This document shows positions 26,940 through 38,640 of a DNA stretch of 64,000 nucleotides, piece by piece. This stretch comes from Oopsacas minuta (Eukaryota > Animalia > Porifera), in the NCBI GenBank assembly GCA_024704765.1, contig JAKMXF010000331.1, forward strand, positions 29,053-93,052, in the 5' to 3' direction. The notes below the pieces were generated by a model. That model searched no databases. It had not been told where the DNA came from and saw nothing but the letters and a program-made list of their open reading frames with translations. The translations under genes were made by a program, and so were the position numbers. Positions within the stretch are counted from its first letter, which is position 1. Every line of letters begins with the position of its first letter.

Positions 26940-27960
26940 ATCCCATGTCTGAATTTTGGAATACGAGGGGATTTTCGATAAGGGTCAGACAAGTTCGAGT
27001 CTTGTACGAAAATCAAACTATGACAAATTAGTAAGTAATTGGCATCTTTGTGGAATTTCGAAGAATGAAATTATTAGCCACTCCTTAGTACTTCGTAATA
27101 CAGCACTTACAACTGAGATGTTTGTCATAGCACATGGATGGCGAGTAGATGGGCATATTTTGGAATATATGGTCCAAACCAAATTAACTATTTAAGATAT
27201 GCCCTTTAAATGTGTCACCAAAAACATCTAAATAAGGTAGCCACGCGAACGCTGTCACCTCGAAATTGCTATGTCATCATCTGACTACGTAAAAAAATAT
27301 TTTTGGAAGACTTGAAGTAGATTTCGATGAGGGCTTTAGTTAATAAGTAAGTTAGATTTTCGAGATATAATTGGTATCACTAAATCATCAAGTTGTAACA
27401 AAAAGGGAATTTTTTGATAGAATGATGACACATTCCTCTGTTGCTATGCAAATGTACATGATCAGATTAAAGCGATATCTGGAAAAATATAGATGATGGT
27501 CTTTTACTTTTGTCACTAAAATATAACTTACTCATTACAGTGTTAAAAACAGCACCAAAATCTACCCCAAATCCCACAGAAATATCTTATAAGATAGTTA
27601 GATGATGACATAGCAACTTTTTGAGAAGACAAGCGTGTCCGCGGTTACCGTATTTAGATGTGCTGGCAATACATTTATGAAACATATCTTAAATAGCTTA
27701 TCTGTTTGGACCATACATTCGAAAATATAGCCATTTACTCACCATCTATAGTCAATAATAGTAGCAAGTCCTGTACTACGAATAAGTCATTATACATGTT
27801 AGATCATATAAAATTCAATCACATGTGCCCCTCAATATGCCAAGCGTCCTACGTCATGCTTTTGACCAAATGAAAAATCATTATGGAATTATTACGTCAT
27901 CATGACTGTAGAAAAATCTAAATTTTCTCAATTTTGAGAATTTCTTAACACCCGAGGTAC
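26940..27960. repeat. Dispersed repeat (inverted copy at ~63430-63800), interrupted here by a foldback
   Basis: ttcgagtcttgtacgaa...ctatgacaaatta...gccact and aatcacatgtgcccctcaatatgccaa match the reverse complement of 63540-63720, where the two blocks are contiguous. Ends approximate. Confidence 0.6.
27085..27786. mobile_element. Degenerate foldback MITE
   Basis: gatggcgagtagatgggcatattttggaatatatggtccaaac...ttgctatgtcatcatct mirrors agatgatgacatagcaac...gtttggaccatacattcgaaaatatagccatttactcaccatc. Confidence 0.7.
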
Positions 27961-28029
27961 GAAGTCATGTGATTACTCACCAAAGCTACGTAGAAGCTAG
28001 AGTGTGGAAAGCCATTAATTATAATTTGG

Positions 28030-31000
28030 ATGGACAATGGATGAAATCCAATATTAAATGCACCTATTCTGTTATTCAAATATTCATACATTGTACGTAT
28101 AAAATCGCCAGCTCTTAGTTTACCTTCGTTTCAAAATTAGATGTTTGACTATTCTAAATCAAGGTTCTGCACTTGCATTATTAGTCTTACACAGGTTTTC
28201 ATCGCTCCTAGACAGCATAATTCCTGTCCAAAGAGGTAGAATTGGCATATAATATGTTAGCCGATATTCTAAACTTCTAGAGAATAACATGGATTTGATC
28301 GATTGCCTTTGTGAATTACATGATGTGTGCAATTATTTTCTCAGAGTATCGAAATGTCTACTAAATGGAGACTTACAACAATAAGTGGTAGGATTCTATT
28401 TTCTATCAATATAAAGTTCAAAGGTTCCTACGTTTTCTAGCTATAATTCTATTTTACCGGTCACAATAGCGAGCTCTACTGAACTACAACTAACAATTTC
28501 GTTTTAATGCTCAACAGATAAAACATTACACAGTAATATGAAGAGTTGATTAATTTCTCTCATCGTAATACTTCTCAAAATTGCAGCAAAGACATACAGT
28601 ATTAGTTGTTTGAGAATTTTATCGATTCTGAATGTTTTTGTCAAATTATGACTCAACATGTGTATTATATGAGCAGAACACAAATGAACAACAGTTAAGA
28701 AATCCACATCAACCGATCTTTCGTCTGAATTCACATTTTCTCAACAACTCCCAAAATACCCTAAAATATTAATTGTATTAAATGCAATACATGTGCTATG
28801 AATTAATGCCTAACTGTAATATATTTCCATTCTTGTTATGAATAATTCTTTGTGTAGAACTAACTTTAAATCAAGTACCATTTGTTAAGGAAGTGCACAG
28901 TGTGCCAAAATTGCCATAATGGCGTATTAGGGTAACCATTAAAACGAAGCATGTTTTATGTGGTCTATATAGTAAATCGACACCGTAAATTTCAAAAATT
29001 TCATTTAAATTTTCCGTAGTATTACCACAATTGGGAATATGACGTCATTTAGGTGATTTCATTATTTTAACATTCATGGTTCAATAATATTATTTGTTAT
29101 TTCTATTATTGAATTAATGGTATAAAGTCAAGTTTCCTATTAGAAGGATTATAACATATATATATATATAACTAGCTATTATATAATAATGAACCAGAGG
29201 TGTAGTTTTTCCCTTTACTACATATTTGAGGGATTATACCTTGTGGAAAACTGTTACTAAATATATAAACTCAATCTCTAATATTCTTTAATTAATTATC
29301 ATTCTCCAACACTATGCTATTATATAAGATATCTTGGAGGCTATTTGGATCATTTGCACTAGAATTCCTCGTTTTGGTGGATGTAAAACGATACTACACT
29401 AATAGGGGATCACTACAATACAGAAGGCGAACTAGAATATCTCCTACATTGTCAGAGAATGATGTTTTTCTGGCAAGATTTTACCGATACCGCCTCACGA
29501 ACTTATTACAAGCTTCTAAACATTGTTCTGATAAATTCTGTAATCTCCTGCCATTATTATATTCTCCAATAATCTTGAAAGAATGGGAAAGTAGCTTGTG
29601 TAAAGAGGGGGTGATGTTCGCCCATGGAAACTGAACTAAGATGTATTCATACGTTTCTTTACACAATTCTTCCATTTTGCTACAATTAATTAAGTTACCG
29701 CTGTTCACAAGTCGTAACACCACGGATAGATTAGTCTGGATCTTCTCTAATAAGGGTTTATCAGATAGATTAATCGAGGAAGTCGCCCATTTAAAAAAGT
29801 CTCGCTTATCCAAAAAGCAATCACGTGTAATGTTCCCAGTAGTTGATGTACCGCCCTGACTCGAAGGAATATCCACACTGAAACTACACTTCTCTAGAAG
29901 AATTGCTCGAATCCGCCTCATAGATGCATTTACTTTGTGATTAGATGGTGACCATACCTTGTGACCCGCATCAAGATGGTATATTAATAACATATACCAC
30001 CAGAATACACATAGGTACGCATGCAAAGGGAAGGCAGCAATTATATTGATGTCAGATGTGGGTTTGTGAGCTATACCCAAGTGTTGTTTGGATGGGAGTT
30101 TGAAGAAGTTATCCTCATTAACATCATCAAAGAGTTGCCAAGCATCGCTAATTAACCTGTTTATGGGGAATCCAGAACGAACCCAGTCGCAGTATATGAA
30201 TGGAAGGTCAAATTCTCCCAGGTCTCAAGATCACTCTTCTTCCGGTAATACTCTCTGGATAATATAAGGGACTTGAACTTATATAGAATAGTATCATGTT
30301 CTTCCTGTGAAATATTATTATCATCAATAAGATACTGCGCAGTGGCTTTAGGGCTTTTGCCCATTGAAATATAGCTAACATATGCTTTTTTGTTGATCAC
30401 AACAGAGGCCATTACTTCACTAGGAGCTATTATTAAACAGAAAAGATTAAAATTATTTTCGTGCATCATCTAAATTTACAGGAGGGCAAGAATATATAGA
30501 ATTTACTTGAATTTCAAAAAAATTCTAAAAATACATTTTCCGATTTTTTTGTCCGGTCCAAGGTGCACGTCTGAAAACTGGTGTATAATTTCAAAAATTT
30601 AAGCACTATAAGCGATTAACAATAAATTATCGTCCTCTTTTGTCACCTGATAGATGCTGCACTCCAAACACTATATTAAAGCTAAAATATTTCACTCCAG
30701 GCCTTTAAAACTAGACAGCCCACAAAGTTTTTTGGAAACAATCATACTTATAATAATTGCATAAACTGATCTAATATAAGAAATACGTCAAATTGATGAT
30801 TAACTACAAACGTTATACAGTATATATTTGAAAGAAATTGTTGCTAAGGTAGTTAGGTATTTACTATTGCGGTTAGCTATTTAAAATAATCTAAAATATG
30901 CTTATTTTAGCTCGGTGTAATCGAAATTCCTATGGGTCATACATACGATCATCAATATTTTCCTACTAATTCGACGATGGAGATTCATAAAAACGTAGTT

Positions 31001-32180
31001 AAATTCGTAATTGAAATTTTGCCTAATACGCCATATCGACACACTGTGAAGTGGGTTATCTCAGGAGTTCCTTGGTCCGAACTTATCATTTCTGCTACAA
31101 GGATAGGTGTAATTTGGTAGTCGGGATGTTGTAGAGTTAAAGCATAATAATAAATATAATTTGTGCAAAACTGAGGTTAAGGTATAATGGAAACTGCAGC
31201 ATCTAAATGCAAAATTACATCATTAGCTAAATATTTCAACACCTTTATCTGCCTCTTCATATATAGATGCATAATGAAGGGTTCCTTAACAAAATATTGA
31301 ATGTTACCAGGTATTGGCTTTTCACTAAGTAAGTCACGATAATATTCTTGATTAACAGAAATATCTGTAATTAGATCATTAGATATCCTATTAGATGATA
31401 TAGCTTCAGTATTGATCTGTCTCAACCATTCTTGAGACCTCAAGTTAGAAATTATCTCTACAATATTCCATTGACCTACAGTGACAGTTGAACTGTATAT
31501 GAAAAATATTTGTGACAGACGTGTGCTGAAGACTTTGTCCATAAATTTTTCACAAACTACCAGATATATGACGTGCATGTACAGTCTCTACATAAAATGT
31601 TGCAAGGAGAGTGAACCACTTACTACATATTGTATTGTGATTGTATTCGTAATTACAAGCTCGTCAACACAAAGCTCAAATTTGTAACAATTATAAAACT
31701 TGCACTCAGCAGATGCTCGAAAGTAGGGTGCATTTTTTTGCGACTGGAAGCATTTGTAAACCAATAATTGTAATTTTGAGGCCACACGCTGGATATATTT
31801 TGGATATTTTTAATGCTCAACGCAGCTGTCCAATCCCTATTCAACCTTTCTCTACCTTGAAAATCTATTAAATGAATACTATCCCATTCACTAATCTCAA
31901 AAGAAATTCTCCATTTACGTTCGACTCTGGTGTCATTATAAATTCATCAGAGTTATCAGATAAAGGGAATTATTTGGTCATTAACTGTATTTGTAATAAT
32001 ATTGTTGCACTTGATAGGATCATCAGCTTCAAAATCCTCATCAACAGGAAAATGAGGAGTATTTTCAGGGTTAGCGGTTGGGGACAATTCGGGGAAAATT
32101 TCTATTCCGCATTTTCTAGCATTAACGCAATTAGTATAGACAGCTTTAAATGTCTCAATAACAAAAATACATGAAATCTG
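28030..32180 (-). pseudogene. MULE/NOF-like transposase remnant interrupted by a Transib
   Basis: YFRASAECKF..C, ILHLDAA.S, VAEMISSDQGT.EITH|FLNKW, ALIHSTCIAFN, VHLCSAHIIH (CxxH) and YMPILPLWTGIML motifs in order; TIRs not found. Confidence 0.65.
28896..31048 (-). mobile_element. Transib (RAG1-related) transposon, internally deleted
   Basis: CACAGTG termini; perfect 5-bp TSD AAGTG (28891-28895, 31049-31053); transposase N-terminus (30161-30469) and C-terminus GGTSTTGN..R, FPW..ITPSLHKLLSH, LSEQCLEACNK, R*NLARKTSF.DN. Confidence 0.92.
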
Positions 32181-32898
32181 GTCCCGAAATTTGACTACCC
32201 AATGAATAAAATATCCTCATTTGTTCTTTGGTCAGAAGCAAGTACTTATTCTCAAACAAAATAGTTGATTTACAATCAATTTTATGTAGAAGTATCCACA
32301 TTAGCGAGAAGGTTGTCTGCTCAATGACTTGATGTTCATACTAACTCTTTGGAAATGTATTTACGAATGAACTACACTGTACAAATTCAATACTTTCAAA
32401 TTCCAAAGATTTTTGTAAGAATTTGGACTCCGATAACGGTAAAGTTGCAACCATCAATCCATAACTGAGCCTGGTGATTGTTGTAGTAATAATATTAGAC
32501 TAAACTACCACTATCATTACATCCGAAAAGGTCGATACTGTATCGCTCATCTCTCAAATCATAGTAATGAGATGGGTTAGATGCCGCAGAAGACCAATTG
32601 CCATTAGCCTATCATCTAACAGATCATGTTCAATTGAAACCCAACATATTCCCTCATGATTATCATGAAAAGAAGATGCAATTCCAGGCAATGGGTAATA
32701 CTTGGATAAATTGTGGCAGTTTGAAGAGATGGTGAATCCTCTATAGAGAAAGATTCGAAACTATAACTCACAATCAATGATTTTTGTTATACTTTAAGGT
32801 AATGATGGACATGGAGAAAGCGATTTACATGCCATGAAATCTATATATAGCTGAGGCGAGACTGATGGATCGATTACCCCCTCAATTAATACACGGAT

Positions 32899-34076
32899 CA
32901 CAGTGTGACAAAATGGCCATAATGGGGAAATAGGTAAATGAATCTGTATTATCACCACAATTATACTTACATATACTAAATCGACACTGTAGATTTCAAA
33001 AATACCAATGATTTTTTAGTAGCACGACTATAAACCTAGTTATGACGTAATTACTGACATTTTCTAATTTTTAACACTTGTGGTTCATTAGTGGATATTA
33101 TGAAAGTTGATAATACATGCATGCCATGGTCTCTATTCTGCTATTTGATAACGTACAATTTAAAGACCCNNNNNNNNNNNNNNNNNNNNNNNNNNNNNNN
33201 NNNNNNNNNNNNNNNNNNNNNNNNNNNNNNNNNNNNNNNNNNNNNNNNNNNNNNNNNNNNNNNNNNNNNNNNNNNNNNNNNNNNNNNNNNNNNNNNNNNN
33301 NNNNNNNNNNNNNNNNNNNNNNNNNNNNNNNNNNNNNNNNNNNNNNNNNNNNNNNNNNNNNNNNNNNNNNNNNNNNNNNNNNNNNNNNNNNNNNNNNNNN
33401 NNNNNNNNNNNNNNNNNNNNNNNNNNNNNNNNNNNNNNNNNNNNNNNNNNNNNNNNNNNNNNNNNNNNNNNNNNNNNNNNNNNNNNNNNNNNNNNNNNNN
33501 NNNNNNNNNNNNNNNNNNNNNNNNNNNNNNNNNNNNNNNNNNNNNNNNNNNNNNNNNNNNNNNNNNNNNNNNNNNNNNNNNNNNNNNNNNNNNNNNNNNN
33601 NNNNNNNNNNNNNNNNNNNNNNNNNNNNNNNNNNNNNNNNNNNNNNNNNNNNNNNNNNNNNNNNNNNNNNAAACAAGAGATGCTACACTTCAATCAATGA
33701 GAAAAAATTCCAAATTATAACTTTGGGAGGGCCAAACTAGACACCCGGAAAAAAGTACAAATGAATATCTAGACTAACCTATCAATGATTAAATTGTTGT
33801 TACAATATAGATTTATTATCAGAAGATGTTTTTCACTCTTATATTTAATATTTACATCAAATATGATTACATACATTAGGGCATAGGAATTTGAGGTTTG
33901 AAAATATATATTTCTATTATTAGAAACACATAACAAAGTTGTGCGTAGTTAGGATTCCTAACTGCTTCTAATGCTGCCAATGATATTTTCGTACTAATTG
34001 AACTATGGAGAATTCGAAAAATGCATTGAAATATGTTTTTTAAAATATGCCTATTTCCCCATATTGGCACACTGTG
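32899..34076. mobile_element. Transib-type element, family 2 (apparently non-autonomous; 501-N gap inside)
   Basis: CACAGTGTG...CACACTGTG termini; perfect 5-bp TSD CGGAT (32894-32898, 34077-34081); subterminal similarity to 28896-31048. Confidence 0.9.
33170..33670. other. Assembly gap (N run); others at 39259-39838, 53994-54165, 60274-60493, 61627-62155
   Basis: Runs of n; all five lie inside transposons. Confidence 1.
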
Positions 34077-34554
34077 CGGATATTGTGAGAATTATTTTTC
34101 ATTTAATAGATTTTCGTTGAGCCGGATTATAGTGATCATGTAGTTTTTGTACAAATGATGCGCCAAGTAGAGTCGCTAACGCTGGGGCCAACAGAAAGTG
34201 AACTCACAACCTCTGAGTATGAATTGAGTGTGTATTCGATATACAAAACTAACAGCTGAAGCTCTCGTGGAACTAAACAAGGAACATAAAATGCTATATG
34301 CTCCGTACTCACCAGAAAACTTGTCATGATAAATCTAACTTTCGTTATAGTAATTGATTATTGCACATCTCGCTCGCATTCCGATAAGACGGAAATAATC
34401 TAAAAATAGAACGAAAGGAAGTTAAATTTTGAAATATTTATTCCACTTGAAGTAATGAAACTATTTGGCTACATTGAAGAAGGGCGAAACGAAAGTATAA
34501 TTTTAAAATGTGAAGAAAATAATACAATAATTGATATATAGGGCAGAATTTAGA

Positions 34555-34657
34555 TACCTTTTTCCTCGAATAGTAAGTAGCTCTTCTTCGAATAATCGTC
34601 CCTGAAGGAACCTCGAAATATACAATCGTCCTGGTGTACTATTCGAGAAATACTGTA
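34555..34657. mobile_element. ~100-bp pogo/Tigger-type mini-MITE
   Basis: tttcctcgaatagta ... tactattcgagaaatactgta inverted ends. Confidence 0.5.
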
Positions 34658-35178
34658 TATTGAAAATAGAGAACAACCTCAGTCAATAAGACTTGCATAA
34701 AAGTTTGGACTTGTAGTTATACCAATGAGAAGGATTCGTAGAGTCGTGAAAGATTTTTGATGAAAGTGATAAAATAATGGAGTTTGTTTATGAATGGATG
34801 AAATATAAGACAATATTTATAGAAATCCCAAAGGACTATTTCAAGAGGTTTACTCTTCAGCAACAGTGTTTTGTATTTCAAATGGGGAAATTATCATGTG
34901 AATATATATCTTTATATAATTATTTCATGGTACATCTAACCTTAGTTGATTAATTCATTGAAATTTATCAAATAACACTTGAATTATTCATTTTTACTCA
35001 TTTCAGACATTGAGTATATTCAATCTATTTTGGAATAGAAATGTTATGACAAAATTGAAACTACTTTGTATATTCTGTAATCCATTGAGTAATTCATAGT
35101 GAGTCAACTGAGATCAAGCAGTTGATATTATAGTAATCTCTATGAGTTAGTTAGAATGGATTAGGATGCTTCATTCTA

Positions 35179-35779
35179 CAAGCCTTTCGCTCGTCGCTTA
35201 GTGATGAATTCTGAGCATTGCGCCTCGAGGTATTCATTATTCTCCAAATTGACGGCCACTCTAAGTATTATAATATAGATTTAGGACAATATAATTCACA
35301 TATATACGTATATGGCATATATATTATTGAATTATTTGTAAGGTCAACCCCTTTTGTAGACGTTGAGAGTAAGTATCTATGTAGTTTTGAGATTTTGCTA
35401 GTTTGTTTACTTTATAGACATAAAAAGAACAATAAATTTACATATGAGAAACTCGGATTCAGCGTACTTGATTACCCCTGGGTAGCCGTTTAGAGCAAGC
35501 ATGTACATATATTAAGAGATTTGGATAATTTGTTCACTGGATATTCATAAAAACAACAATAAATTTAAATATGAGTAATCCAAAAGTGTGAAAATCGGAT
35601 TCAGCATTTTCGATATATTTAGTGAAGTTTTATTGAATTCTATTCGCTTTCTTGATAAACACGATAAATTCATAATTGTGCGAATTTTCAAAATTGGACA
35701 CCATAAACCCTCCCCTTGACAACGGACAAACAAACAAGAAACAAACAGACAGACAACAATTGAGATTAAATAATATAGA
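35179..35779 (-). mobile_element. Non-autonomous Helitron-like repeat, copy 2
   Basis: Homologous to 3188-3753 (gcgcctcgaggtat.cattattctccaaatt...); same A|TC start, ACAA/ACAG microsatellite and hairpin-CTTG|T end. Confidence 0.6.
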
Positions 35780-36104
35780 TTTGTGTGCTTAGTACAAATC
35801 TAATTGAGACTCGATTCCAAAACCAGTTTTCAATCTTTAATATCTCAAAACTTTTAAATAATTTAAACACATAAACGTGCATAGAGCAGGAATCCATGCC
35901 CATGGTTCTGGAAAAAAATTTGTTAAAGTATACTAAATTCATATGTGACCACTGCTAGTTAGATGCGCCAATTTCTGTTAGAAAATAAAAGTTTATAAAA
36001 AATAATTCATTTTCATAAACATCCGTATCTCTTCTTTCGAATAGTCTAAAATATTAACATTCTGACTACGGGAAGTGATTCAAATTAATGGTTGAAGTAC
36101 TGCT

Positions 36105-38632
36105 GGTCGAATATTCAGCCAACTTCACACTCGTAATCGAATTTGGTTCGAGTTTGTATGTGAAATGTACAAAGGGATTTCAATTAGTGCGTAACCCTAT
36201 CTATTGCTGTTATTGTTTAAACACATGTATTTACTATTTACATATAATTTATAGCTTAGATTTTCGTCTATTTAGGACACTATACTTTGTGGAGATTGAT
36301 TTAATATTTTTTGAGATACACCCTTTTGAAGATAGGTTATAGCAACCACAGAGGAATTTATGGCTTCAAAATCTAATTAATTTCTACTTGAACAAAGAGC
36401 ATACATCGAAATCCGCTCATTACTCGGCGATACGCCAAGGAATATTCACCAAGATTTCGTACAGTTGTATGGTGGGGTGGCCTGTTCGGAATCAACCGTT
36501 AAGAAGTGGAGTCTGCGTTTCGTGAAGGTAGGTTGTTGGTTGAAGATGACCCTCGGATGGGCCAACCTATAATTGCTACCACTGCAAACAATATTGCTCT
36601 TGTAGCTGAAATGTGTGACTCTGATCCCCATATTACGATTGAGCGGTTAGCTACCACCCTAACCTTGTCAACTGGAAGTGCTCATGCAATTCTGACCAAG
36701 CATCTTGGTATGTCCGAGCTTTGCTCACGTTGGGTACCACTTTTGTTGAATCAGAATTAAAAGAAGACCCGGGTGAAAATTGCAAAAAACTGCTTGAAAA
36801 GTATGACCAATGTGATGAGAGTTACTGGGCACTCTTATGCAACAGTTGTTCTTCCGGAAATTGAAAAACATTACAGGGTGTCCAGAAATAAATGTCACCT
36901 TACATTATGTTAAGAATAAGAAATACCAGGTACTATTGAATTCATCTATTTCCCAATATAACCACCCTCCAATTCTAAACATTTTCTAATGGTATTGGGC
37001 ATCCCTGCAACTAGATTTTCGAGACAAGATGGATCAATGTTGGACTAGGCCATTTTTATAGATTTCTTAAGGTTTTCTAGGTTATTTGATTGAGGCAACT
37101 CGTCAAGTATCTGTTTGAGAATTGACCAAATATTCTCAATTGGATTCAGGTCTGGAGAGTTACCTGGCCACTTCTCTTTAGCCCAGAAATTTGGTAAGTG
37201 GTTTTTACACCAATCTTGAGTAATATTGGCTCTGTGGGCTGGAGCACCATCTTGCATCAATGTGGCCTTCAACGGGTCTGCTATTATTCTCTTTTCGAGT
37301 ATTGTCTCTGTTTTGCTTGCGGTTTAGTGCATCTTTACAGGTTTTGGTCAGTATTTCAGACACATAATAAGAAGCATTCACAGTTCGTTTGGGTGGCACA
37401 AAGGGTAATTCTGATAGTGCCTGATGGCTCTTCATGTCCCACACCATGATTTTCTGTGGGAATTTAACCGTCTCCTGAGGGAGAACATCTGAAGAATTAT
37501 GACACCAGACACGATCATTTTGATGATTGGATGAATGGAAAAGTTCGAAGGGTGACTCATCTGTCCAGAGAATACATTTCCAATCATCTACTGGCCACAC
37601 ACTGAATTTTTGACAGAATTCCATCTGTTTGCCTTTTACTTTCTGGTCAATTTTGGTGGTTATTTAGGTCGTTTGAAAGCCTTAACTCCCAGGGATTTAG
37701 ATAAATATGAGTGCACAGTCCTCTTGGATATAGAATACTCCAGGTTTCAGTTTAGCACTCAATCTTCTTGTGGATTGGTGACGTTTTCCAAGAGATTCGC
37801 CAATAATCATCTTGGCCAGCGGATTCAGCAAGGATGGGCGACCAGCACCAGGTTTATGGTCGAGTCTCTGGTTGCTGGTAAATCTCTTCCACCACCATTT
37901 GATCGTGGGAATATCCTTCCCTATCCTACTAGCAACTACTCTCTGAGTTAGTCCACCTTTAGCATGCCTATTCCGCGTGTACGAACCTCAGTGCTCATAA
38001 TAATAACGCTAATCAGTTGAAAATGTATAGTAAAATAAAAATCGAAGCAAAAGTCGCAATAAAAGTGAATTTTATAATGCATTTCAGTAAACAGAGATGA
38101 ATACTGCATAAAATTTACAAAATAGTGTACCAAGGCATGTACGTACAGTTGCTAATCAATATATGGTCAGTTAAGAAAATATTTTAAGGTGACAATAATT
38201 TCCTGGGCACCTTGTATACTGAGCGTCGGCCAGCCACGAGTCTTAGAGAAATCAAAATTTTGCATGATAATGCCAGACCGCACAAATCTAAGAAAGTCAA
38301 GGAAAAGATTGCTCCTATAGGTCTTCAGGTATTGGAACATCCACTCTATAGCCCTGACCTAGCACCGTGCGACTTTTGGCTGTTCGGTGGACTCACAAAG
38401 CACCTAGCAGATACAGTTTTGGAGAACGTATGCAAATTGGAAGGGCCATCTAACAGTACCTCAGAGACATACCACAAGAGAGTATAAGAAAACATTTTTC
38501 AAGTGGATAGAGCGTTTAAAGCTTGTAGTTGAGCACAAGGGAGACTACTTTGAATATTTATAGTAGAATTTGAGGCTTACCCCGCTTATATAATACAAAT
38601 ATTCTAAGAGTTATGAATCAACTGAATACCTT
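36105..38632 (+). mobile_element. mariner (DD34D) remnant split by a DD37E insertion
   Basis: MASK...RAYIEIR, DDPR.G.P, WVP, then after the insertion HDNARPH...HPLYSPDLAPCDF; EKH|YTERRP is restored by collapsing the TA. Outer ends uncertain. Confidence 0.75.
36874..38214 (-). mobile_element. Tc1-like transposon, DD37E type, second family
   Basis: TA|CAGGGTGTCCAGAAATAAATGTCACCTTA...TAAGGTGACAATAATTTCCTGGGCACCTTG|TA; WTDESPF, QDGAPAH-x-WPGNSPDLNPIEN with a 37-residue spacing; frameshifted. Confidence 0.9.
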
Positions 38633-38640
38633 ATGTATTA

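Noticed and set aside
33091-33740. Long ORFs spanning N runs (also 39017-39879, 60196-60631, 61454-62182)
   Set aside because: Artefacts of translating through gaps; no stop codons can occur in Ns.
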